This document shows positions 1 through 10,389 of a DNA stretch of 64,000 nucleotides, piece after piece. Under the pieces are notes generated by a model. That model did no database searches. It had not been told where the DNA came from and saw only the letters and a list, made by a program, of their open reading frames with translations. Position numbers and translations under genes: made by a program. The stretch is from assembly GCF_009834535.1 (NCBI RefSeq), contig NC_045696.1, positions 42,100,001-42,164,000 of the forward strand. Reading direction: 5' to 3'. Numbering within the stretch: position 1 is the stretch's first letter; every line of letters starts with the position of its first letter. This DNA comes from Camelus ferus (taxonomy: Eukaryota).

Positions 1-400
1 TGTCGTCTGCCAGGTCTTTCACCTTTCTGAGAACGTCTCTTCCGCCTCCTTCACTAGCTGCTTTTTATTCCTCCTTCTGCTCCCTAATGATGTTCTCTTC
101 TCCGCATTCTTTGCCTCAGGTAACTCCTCATCCCCTCACGCTGATTTACACACGAATACCTTCAGTCTCTCGTCCCTTCATCTCAGAATCTCTCTCCTGA
201 TGATTCCCAAGCCCAGCAGTTTCTGACTGTTAGAATTTTCTTACTTAGATAATCAGCCAGAATTTCAAACTCAACATATTTTAAACTAAGCTTATTAACT
301 TATACCGGCTAAACTCCAAACTCTGATTGTTTTTATTTTTTTATTAATGACGCTACTATTAATGAGTCTTCTTTCAAAACTCACTCTTCCTTCCTTCCCC
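1..400 (+). mobile_element. Degraded L2 LINE fragment
   Basis: Pyrimidine-rich sequence with an L2-like motif (atttcaaactcaacatattttaaactaagct); heavily diverged. Confidence 0.45.
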
Positions 401-451
401 TTCCTTCCTTCCTTTCTTCCTTTTCCTGTGCTTCATGCCTACTAAATTATG

Positions 452-670
452 GTACACAGGGTGGGAAAATCATCTGTTTTGGAGTCAGACAAGTCTGGGT
501 TCAGATCATGGTTTTACTCCTTACTGCCCTTTTGGCCTTGAGCAAATTACTTAAGCTCTAGGGGTCTTGGTATCCTTATCTATAAAAAGGGGGAAAAAAA
601 TCTCCTACATGGCCAATTGAGAGGATTGGAAGACAGCTGCACACTTTATACTCACTCTTCAATAAATAGT
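452..670 (+). mobile_element. MIR SINE
   Basis: MIR core: ttggagtcagacaagtctgggttcagatc...ccttgagcaaattacttaagctct...ccttatctataaaaagggg. Confidence 0.8.
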
Positions 671-1529
671 AATCTCATTCTTTTCCCTGGCTCTGGTTCT
701 CTCAGACACACTTTTCTTTTCCAGTACTTGTCCGGGTACTTCCTGCAGCTCCCCACATGTAGGTGTTCATCACATGCTGTTTTTCCCTTTCTTTTCTTCT
801 GTTGTTGCCTCCTCTGCTCAGACCTACATTGTTTCTTGTCTGGACAATTTCTGGGGCTCCCACATGGCCCTGGCTCCTGCCTGGGCTTTTGGATTTACCC
901 CACACACTGCTGGTTGGCTGGCCTTCCTCAGGCTTCCTCAGACAAGGCAACTCCCCTGCTCAGAAACCTTCAATGCTTCATTATTTCCCAGAAAATGAAC
1001 TAGGAAAACATATGGTCCAAGTTATCCTCACCGACTTAAATGTCACAATTCTTTCACATATGGCCTGCATCGTTTAACACGTGCTTACTTTTCTCTTCAG
1101 TTGCCTTTCCTCCTGGGTCTGGAGTGATACGTAGCAAGTCTCTGTCTGCCAGATCTGTTTCTACCACAGTGGTTTCCCTGATCCCCTAAACACTTGAAAC
1201 TTCTCTCTCCTTTGACCCTACAAAGACTTTGCACTTCTCATCCTCAACTTAATCACCATTTTAGTGGTTAGTTGTTTATTTCTTTACACTTTCTCACTCT
1301 TCCCCTCATAAGAACATAGATCTTTGAGACTGTGTCTAATTACTGTACCTATTTTTGAAAATAGCTGATCTAGGGGGCCCTCAATACATTTTGGCTTAAT
1401 TAAAATAATACAACTTTGATATACAGATCCCCTTGTGAAAGTCTTTTAGACAACAGAACCATTGTTAATGAGAGGAGAAAGAAGTGCCTCGATTTAAAAA
1501 ATGATAATAATAATAAGTAGAATTGTAAA

Positions 1530-1622
1530 GGGGGAGGGTGTAGCTCGGTGGTAGAGTGCATGTTTAGCATGCATGAAGTCCTAGGTTCAATCCCCAGTAC
1601 CTCTATTTAAAAAATAACATTA
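1530..1622 (+). mobile_element. tRNA-derived SINE (camelid Vic-1-like)
   Basis: ggggagggtgtagctcggtggtagag (A box) ... ggttcaatccc (B box) agtacctc, then an A-rich tail; 16-bp direct repeat aatgagaggagaaaga at 1467-1482 and 1623-1638. Confidence 0.9.
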
Positions 1623-2989
1623 AATGAGAGGAGAAAGAGAGAGGAGGACTAATAAGAAGAAAGAGAAGAAGAAAAGAGAAAGGCAGTTCTTTTGCGGAAC
1701 AAAGTAATTATTTTCTGATTGGGTGAGAAAAGTAGGAAATGCAAAGAAGTATAAGTCCCCCCAAAGTAGCAAAACTAGGATTGTACTGATAGGGGGAGTT
1801 TTGAAAGCAATCTCCATTCTGATCCTCTTCTAATTCTTGGAATAGTATAATGATTAATACTCCATGACAGAAGATATGCTGGCAAATTGCCCTCTATCTG
1901 AAAATAGAGGAAACGCCCTGGAAAGAATGAGATGTGGTGGTGAGAGGAAATGACAGTGTCATGAAAAGTCTAGCTCTCAGTCATCGCAGGAGCACCCCAA
2001 ATCCCGGCCTATGTCAGGCCGCCTGATGGGATCCTGGTATCCCCCGTGTCACTGTGTAAAGGTGGTCACTTGGACACAAGCAGAGATAGAGCAGCCCAAG
2101 TACACGGAGGGGTCTAAGATTTGGGGACCCTATGTGCTGAGTATTCAAGTGGTGCTCAGGAGTAGCCTGTTAATTGATGTCCTAGACCTCCTCAGTCTTT
2201 TTAGGTGACAGAGCTTCTCTGGGGTCTGATCCCAGAGTGAGGTAAGCACTTCAGAACACATGGAGGTTCTCCAGGTCACTCAGTAACAACAGGACAAGTG
2301 GGCTTGTCCTAGGTAAAGAAGGATAGTAGTTGTACCTAACTCCTCCAGAAGCCGTTTGTTTACAGGCTTAAATCATAGGTGAGAACTCAACAGATTCCAA
2401 GAAAGTCTTTGAGCAGCCAAATGAAGGGTGATTTTAAAAATTTCTTTAAAATGAAAAATAATTTATCCCTGACCAGGCCTTTCTTCTAGTTAAGAGTGCT
2501 TACGTCTGTGTGGTTGAAAAACTTCCATTTCATTATGAATTTGTCAAAAGAAGAGTATTAAAAACACATTTTTAAGCCTAACAGAATGTCAGTTGTTCCA
2601 TTGGAAAAATGGAACATTTGAAAAATCCAGAGAAGTGTCTGAGGAAGTGTGCTTTTGGTGAACTTGGCAGAAATTGCCTAGGCATTGAGTTTGCGATGGT
2701 TCAGGCTGGGACTGTCACTCCTTCAGATTTGTGTACCTTAGATTTGAACATATGCCAATAACTAAGGGAAAATTTATTAATTCATCATTTTACCATCAAA
2801 CACACTATTATAAATATAGCAAGTGAAGACCAAGAAAATGGCCAAATTATTAATATTGGTGTTTTAATTCCAGGGCAAGGTAAAAAAAAATAAGATGGAC
2901 TTCATTTTCCCAGACAGTTGTTTATGCTGTTTTGAGCCATAAAAGCGAGCTCTTTGACATGATGCTTTTTCACTTGTCTGCCTCTGTAT

Positions 2990-3660
2990 CACTCCAGTTT
3001 CTACTAGAACCTAGGCTTCACTTTCTCAGGGAGTTCTAAAATTGCCTTTGAGGGAATCTTTAAGCAATTTCTAATTAGCTTTTTCGATTGTGCTTTTCAT
3101 TGAATTCTGGTGCTCTTCCTTAAAATTTGCATGATTGGTTTTTAAAGAATTCTGCTAGCATCATGGACTCAGACAATTATTATTCCAGATTTTTTAATTT
3201 TAAAATTAAAAAAATTTTTGAGGGGGGGAGGTGATTAGGTTTATTTATGTATTTATTTATATTGATGGAGGTACTGGGGATTGAACCCAGGACCTTGTGC
3301 GTGCTAAGAATGCACTCTACCACTGAGCTACACCTTTGCCACCACCACCTCCAGGATTTCTTGAGCAAAGGTCACCAAAACTTTATTAAGCCTCCAAAAT
3401 ACTAAGGAAAACATTTTAAAGTCACATGTGAGAACAGCTTATGATTGCCTTCTGTTGATTTACTGCTTGTTTGGCAGGGTATTGCAATCATGCTTTTCAT
3501 TACCGGGTTCATGTGGGAAAACTTAGGAACTGCTCCATAACTGTCACATCTGTGGACAATTTCAGGTTTTTCTGAATTTCCCTCATTATCTTCTGTATTT
3601 TCACTGGTTTCAAGCTTACTCATCAAACTTCCTGTTTTTAACCACTGATCCATGCTCCCA
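2990..3660 (-). pseudogene. Fossil hAT-Charlie (Buster/ZBED5-like) transposase N-terminal region, interrupted by a SINE
   Basis: Minus-strand translation across frameshifts gives MDQWLKTGSL...IKF...LSESM...LKTNHANF...N*KLLKDSLKGNFRTP*ESEA*VLVET. This is collinear with Charlie motifs as I recall them (MDxWLKTG; YLKFGF; LSNESMKP; HLxTKH; NEKALxASYxVSxRIA..GEAHTIAET). Confidence 0.6.
3195..3349 (-). mobile_element. tRNA-derived SINE (camelid Vic-1-like)
   Basis: Reverse complement reads GTGTAGCTCAGTGGTAGAG...GGTTCAATCCCCAGTACCTCC...AAATAAACCTAATCACCTCCCCCCC plus an A/T tail; imperfect TSD tccagattt/tccaggattt. Confidence 0.92.
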
Positions 3661-4929
3661 GTTGAAAATACAATTTGAAACTATTCACTTGACAAAGTTA
3701 AGTGAAGTATAACTTTACAACACAAGAAACCTCAGAATTTGGGTTTGTTCTGTGTTATGGGAGAATTCACTGTGTTTAGAGAAATAACTCAACCTAGATA
3801 TGTGCTTGCGAAAAAATATTTAATCTCATAATTGCGGTGGTAATTTAACTGATCTGTGGGAATAAGTGTGTGTGTGTGTGTATGGAGAAGTTAGAAAAAC
3901 CCCACTGATTCTTAACAGAACAGACTCATTAAATACAGCAACAATAAAGACTGTGAACTTGCCCTGAGATTATGTAACTGATAGATTACCACTGTTCTTC
4001 CTACCAAGTAGTGAAACTGTTTTCATATTAGACATGTTTTCACCTTTTCTTACTGGAGGAGCTATGTTTGTACTAAACAATGTTGGCTACTTTGATTGGA
4101 GCAGAGGTGGTAAGTTGAGCAGCCTGGGCCAATCAAGTACTCTTTTCTATGATTGGTGAATTAGGAGTAAAACATTCTAGTTTAGTCCATTTCCATTTTG
4201 TTGTAGTCAGATTTCTAAGATGACCCCAATCTCCCTTTAGATGGATGTAGTGATAACTTGCTGCTACTTTGGGAAAGAGGTCCTGGCTGATGGCACCCAA
4301 TCATACCCCCTGAGTTATGCAGAACAACCTGCTCCTTTTCAAAATGAGCAGAGCCCGTATGTACTTTTGAGTCCTTAAATTTACTTTTCATCCATTTCTG
4401 ATTCTTCTCTTGGACTTTTAGCTGTCATTTCTTCTTGCAATTTTGGTGCCCAAGGAAGGAGAGAAAGATAGTCATGTTTCTACCCAGTTCTGCCCCTTTT
4501 GGGTCCATACGTTCTATACTGGCCCTTGTGAACTTTTTAGTTGAAGGTGTACCACAGAGACATCTGGTCATTGAGAACATATTGATTTCCCAGTATATCT
4601 TGGGAAAGATGTAGTTTTTTTTGCTTTTAGTTCTCCTGTGATAATGTTGGACTCTTGCAAAAGGAACTTTGGCAAAAACTAAAGGTGAATAGGGTGGGAG
4701 TAGAGGGGTCAGATGGTGGGAGAGCATAGAAATCAATGAATTTGCATAGTACAGAGTTCTGATCTGTCCTTTATGTACAACCAGGATCCAGTGTCGCTAG
4801 GTTGTCTTTAGAGTAGGTAGTCCTTGATCTCTGGATTAATTTTAAACCTCTCTGTATTGTGTATATATATATTTGAATGAGTGCAAAATTAAAAAAGAAG
4901 ACACTAAAAGCATGAGGGATAGGAGGAAA

Positions 4930-5265
4930 AAAAAACAGGTAAATGGTACTTCATTAAAATTAAAAATGTTTATGCTTCAAAGGACACCATCAAGAAAGTA
5001 AAAGGGCAACCAATGTAATGGGAGGACATATTTGCAAATAATTTCTTTGATAAGGAATTTGTATTCAGTATATAAAAAGTACTGTTAAACTAACAATAAA
5101 AGACAAATAATCCAATTAAAAACAAGGAAAGGAATTGCATAGACTTTTCTCCAAATGATATACATGTGGTCAATAACCACATGAAAAGGTGCTCAATATC
5201 ATTAGTCATTAGGGAAAAGCATGTCAAAGTCACAATGAGATACTACTTCTCACCCAATAGGATGG
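4930..5265 (+). mobile_element. Old L1 ORF2 3' fragment
   Basis: ttcattaaaattaaaaa...tcaaaggacaccatcaagaaagtaaaa...cacatgaaaaggtgctcaatatcattagtcattaggg...acaatgagatactac. Confidence 0.85.
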
Positions 5266-5313
5266 ATGATCTGTACTTGATTACTGAGTTATTTCTTAAT
5301 CTTAATACACATT

Positions 5314-8300
5314 CTTTTTTTTCTTAATTTTTATTTATCTATTTTTTAGTCAGTTTACAATGTTGTGTCAATTTTTGGTGTACAGCATAATGCTTCCATC
5401 ATACATGAACATACATATATTTGTTTTCATATTCTTTTTCACCATAAGTTATTACAAGATATTGAGTATAGTTCCCTGTGCTATACAGTATGAACTTGTT
5501 TATCTATTTTATATACAGTAGTTAGTATCTGCAAATCTCAGACTCCCAATTTATCCCTTCCCACCTGCTTCCCCCACTGGTAACCATGTTTGTTTTCTAT
5601 GTCTGTGAGTTTGTTTCTGTTTTGTAAATAAGTTCATATATATATATATATTTATATTTTTGTTATATATCATATATATACTTATATATATTTTTTGAAG
5701 ATTCCACATATAAGTAATATCATATGGTATTTTTCTGGTTTGATAATTTTCTTTTGTATTATTAGCTTGGTTTCTTTTTGGTTTTTGTGACTCTGTTGTA
5801 TGCTTTTGATTTGGGGTTACCCTGTTTTTCAAGTGTGTTAACCCCTTACTATATCTGTTTGCTTTAGACTGGTAGTCATGTGGGCTCAAACACATCCTAA
5901 AAAGAATGAAGGAAAAAAAAAAAAGAAAAAAGAAAAAAAAAAGAAGAGAGAGAAAAAAATGTATATTTTCTTGTTGCCCTCTCCCACCTTTTATGATTTT
6001 GATGTCCTTTATTTTTTTGTAATCTTCGTGTTTATTCTCTTGCAACTCATTGTAGTTACCGCATTTCCAATTATGGTTTTCTCATTTCTATAGCTTTCTG
6101 CTTTTTTTCTATTTAGAGTAGACCTTTCAATTTCTTTTAGGATAGGTTTAGTATTGCTGAATTCTTTTAGTTTTTGCTTGTCTGTGAAATTCTTTATCTC
6201 TCCTCATACTCTAAAGGATAGTCTTGCCTGATAGAGTATCCTAGGTTGCAGCTGTACTCATTCAGGATTTTGAATGTATCTTGCCACTCCCTTCTGGCCA
6301 ATAGTGTTTGTGTAGAGAAATCAGCTGAAAGCCTTATGCGGGGTTCTCTTATAACTAACTCTTTTTCTCTTAGTACCTTTAGAATCATTTCTTTATCTTT
6401 AACTTTGGCCATCTTAATTATAATTTGTCTCTGTGTAGGTCTCTTTGGGTTCTGTGCTTCCTGTACTTGGATATCTGGTTCCTTCTTTAGGTTTGAGAAG
6501 TTTTCAGTCATGATTTCTTCAAATACCTTTTCAATCCCCTTTTCTCTTTCTTTTCCTTCTGGGACCCCTATTATGCAAAGGTCAGCATACTTTATTTTAT
6601 CCCATAGGTCCCTTATATTGCTTTCACTGGTTTTTACTTGCTTTTATGTCTGCTGTTCTGATTGGGTGACTTCTGTTATCCTGTCTTCTAAGTCACTTAT
6701 TCATTCCTCTGCATTATCTGGTCTGCTTTTACTCAGCTCTTATCTCAGCCATTGAGTTTTCTGTTTTTAATTGGCTCTTATTTATAGTTTCTATTTCCTT
6801 TTTTATAGTATCCTCTATCTCTATTCATAATCTCTCTTATTTCCTTCAGTGCTTTTATCACCCCCTTTTTGAAGTCATGATCTAGTAGATTGTCAAGGTC
6901 TATCTCACTGTTTATTCTTTCAGGGGACTTTTCTTGTTCTTTTAATTGGGAGTGGTTCCTCTGCTTCTTCATTTTACTTATATTTCTCTGGGTCTGTGGA
7001 TTTAGGAGTACCAGTTATCTACTGTGGTCTTGAAGGGCTGTTTTTGTTGGTTGGTTGGTTTGTTTTTATTTAAAGTGGGAGTGACCCCATTTAGACTGTG
7101 TGCATCTAATAGTTTTGTTGCGAGGGCTGTGCTTACTATAGATGGTTGCCATGTCTTCCTTCCATGTGTGTTGGCTGTTACCCTTTGATTGGGAGTGTGG
7201 TTGGTGTTGTGGTGATCAGAGCCTGCCCTGATTGTTGTTTAGTGGGGCCTCCTTTTTTGTTTTGTGGTTGTCACAGCCTTGACAGGGGGCTGGATCTGCT
7301 CTCCTGTTGCTGGAATAGAGGCTTCTAGACCTGTTTTTAAGCTGTAGTGTATGGTAGGCAGGGTTGGAACACTTCAGTTGGGAAGAAAAGTTGCTGAGTG
7401 TACCTCTGTAGGAGATGTCGACGGGGAAGTGCCCTCCATGGTGTTGTCTGTCACTTGCTGTGCAGGCTTAGAAAGTACTCTTTATTGATGCTGCCTTTGT
7501 CCCCTCCTTAGCTGTGGGAATGTTGGCCACCCACTCTGGTGGCCCCCAGGTTCTGGGTCCCAGGAACCACCAGCGCAGTTCTGCCAATGTCAGGCACTAG
7601 GACCCGCCATAGTGAGCGAGCAGTCATACCCCTGAATCTGTAGTGCCACAGGGTCAGTGCAGACCCCAGCCCTGCCTCCGTGGATGGTAGGGTACACTGG
7701 CCCATACTTGCCCCCACCATGTGCCAGAACTCTGCTCACTGCCTGTTGTCCCAGAGGCGTGGGTCCACAAACGGTCCAGAGAGAGCAAATCCAACCTCTC
7801 TGCCTGGGGCTGTAGACAGACCTCAGTCCCGCCTGAGGAAGTTGCAGGGCCCCTGGGTATGGATTCAGCTTTCAGCCCTGCCTCTGCGCAGCATCTATTG
7901 CTGAGACTGAGCCCCAGCCCTCTTCTCACCAAGTGGAAACAGGGGCTGTGGTGAGGCTGCGTTGTACCCCCCCTCCACACACACCAGCAGTGGTGCTTTT
8001 TTATTGGGGTTCCAGGCTATTCTGTTCCACACACACCCCCAGCCAGAGCTCACACCACCCTCCAGTCCCCTGAGGCTGCCTCTGTGCAGTGGGCCCCAGC
8101 CCTCTCCTCGGGCTCCTCACCAGTCTCCAGCAGCCAGTCCCAGCTTTTCCCTGCCCGCTGGTGTCTAGGGCCAGGGATCGCACGGACCTTCTATGCCAGT
8201 TTACTTTAGCTCTGTTTGCCAAGTGAATGCCACTTTCCCCTCTGAGCCTCAGAAGCTCTGCTTCTGTCCCTGTGACCTCCTGGTGGATTTTGTGAGAATC

Positions 8301-8447
8301 CGTCCTGTATTTCGAAGTGAGAGACACTCTGCAAGAGTTCAGTAGGTGTTCTGTGCCATTCAATGTGTTTGTAGATGTAATTCTTGGTGTATTTGTGGGA
8401 GAGGGTGAATTGTGAGTCTCTCTACTCTGCCATCTTGGCACCTGCCC
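5314..8447 (-). mobile_element. L1 with 5'UTR, decayed ORF1 and inter-ORF spacer fused directly to the ORF2 terminus/3'UTR (ORF2 deleted)
   Basis: 5' start GGCAGGTGCCAAGATGGCAGAGTAG (YY1 motif) at about 8447; GC-rich UTR at about 7100-8440; ORF1 peptides at 6778-6972 and 6194-6511 (MTENFSNLKKE..IQVQEAQ..RQIIIKMAKVKDKE..IRLSADFS); junction at 5735/5736 to GAAAAATACCATATGATA; 3'UTR and T-rich tail to about 5314. Confidence 0.9.
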
Positions 8448-8653
8448 TATTTTTTATTGAAGTGTAGTTAATTTACAATGTTAGTTTCAGGTGTATAGCA
8501 AAGTGAGTCAGTTATGCATATCCATATGTGTATATAAATATACACATTTATATGTATTCAGATTCTTTTCCACTATAGCTTATTACAAAAAATTGAGTAT
8601 AGTTTCCTGCGCTATACAGTAGGTCCTTGCTGTTTATTTATACGTGGTAATGC
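8448..8653 (-). mobile_element. Short L1 3'UTR fragment (young artiodactyl type)
   Basis: ttttattgaagtgtagttaatttacaatgttagtttcaggtgtatagcaaagtgagtcagttat; TSD taatacacatt at 8654-8664 matches 5303-5313. Confidence 0.9.
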
Positions 8654-10389
8654 TAATACACATTTTTGAAAAGACTGGTCAAGTTCAGGGGAGAAGACAT
8701 TAGCTGTAAAGCAGTGCCTAAGAAGGTGAACAATATGGGGGTTAAATGTATTGGTTTCATTGACTTAAGCTCTAAACAATTAAACTACTCACAGCCTCCC
8801 TAAATGTTAACAATTTCTTATAATTGGACAACAAAATCCTAACACATCACAGTTAACCTTTTACAGTAAATACTGTGTCTAGCATTTTTAAAAACAGATT
8901 TTCTGCTGTAGCAGCACTTTGCAACTTCGCTGTGGAAAAAATACCTTTAATATCTACCTCAGCAGGAAGAGTGCATCAGAAGAGATTCTTCTTTTATTTC
9001 CTATTGACTTGCTGAACTATGCATCAGTTGTTTTCATTTATTTGCCATGATAATTCAATGGTAGTAGATTTTAAAAGATAGAAACTCTTCTCATATTTTC
9101 ACTTTTTTTGGCATCTGAAAATGGAGTAGTGAGCTAGATATTTTCAAAATGCTCCTAGCTCAAGAATTCTGTGACCTTTACTTCATTGATAACGCAAATG
9201 TAAATTTCAGGTCTTTCCGGGATACTGGTTTAAGGAGAATTGGTGGGTGTGAATGCTGCCTAACAGTTTTAAAGTTATCTGCATAATCTTTTGATAACCA
9301 TCAATTAAGTTTCATATTCTGTCAAAATTTCCTCTACAACCCAAGAACAAATGATCTTCTGGAGCAGTTGTAGCACTTAAAAAATACCTCCTTCTCTCAT
9401 GGTTTTATCTCCCTGTCTTGTTGAAACAGGCTTTAAATACACAAGTAATGCTTTCTGTTCATTGACCATGTGGGAAATTATCATCCTTCCACTTTCCCAT
9501 AAATTGAAAGAAGTTCCCTGAAAGAAGCGGACTCTCAATGGTGGGCTGAGTTAAACACAGAAAGTCAAAAATACATGAGAAAATCTTGAGACATGGGAGA
9601 GTCAACTTCAGGAAACTTAAGTTCAGCCACCTTCCACTTGATGTCTCTATAAAGGCCACAGAGATTCAAGAGTAGTGGTTCTCCCACCAAATGAAAGTTC
9701 AGAGATAAAGCCCATCTGGAGAGATAAGAGTATGGAACTTTCTTTGAAAAGTATGAATAACTAGTCAAATGTATTATACTAATTTTCCACCCCAGTCTTG
9801 TAGAGCCAAGAAATTAACTTTACTTTTTACAGAAGCTATAGCAGTTTATGAGATGTGTTTACAAACTGGCTGCCCTTTATTCAATAAGAGTTAACACATA
9901 TTTCATCAAATCATATTATGAAATATTTATTCTAATTAGTGAGACCTCATTTATTTTATTTCATGAAATGTATACATTTCTCTTTCCTAATAATAAGAAA
10001 TAAAACTCAAAACCCTAGAATAAGAAGTGAAACATGTGAAGAAGTATATAGTTTTAAAAAGATCTTTTAGAGGAACTATGAGCTAAAAAGTAGGGAACCA
10101 TAATATAAGAGTATCCTGCTCTAGGACAATTGGGGCTCGTTGTTTCCCAGTATCATGGGATCACAGGGCTTTGGGATATTTCATAGCCCAAGCTTTCAAA
10201 ATGTGGTTTTACTGGATCTCTTCTATGGAATATAGTTCACTGATGATCAAATATACTTCCTCAAATTTACAGTATCTTCAAATATACTATTACTATTTGG
10301 TATTTACTGATTCCTTGAATAAATGAATATATGAAGCATTCTGCTAAGCTATATTCCACATACAATTCTATGTAATAGCACCATGATGT

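Noticed and set aside
617..1077. Overlapping ORFs of 74-128 aa
   Set aside because: No recognisable protein; low-complexity composition, consistent with chance ORFs
1530..1605. tRNA-Ala-like sequence (also near 3270-3335, 17221-17295 and 18990-19064) as true tRNA genes
   Set aside because: The copies are diverged and carry SINE-specific 3' tails and, in some cases, TSDs; they are SINEs
5551..6045. 164-aa minus-strand ORF
   Set aside because: It reads through the L1 spacer, the deletion junction, homopolymer and TA tracts and the 3'UTR; not a gene
8905..8930. TAGCAGCAC, the miR-15/16/195 5' motif
   Set aside because: The rest of the sequence matches no family member I recall and I see no convincing precursor hairpin
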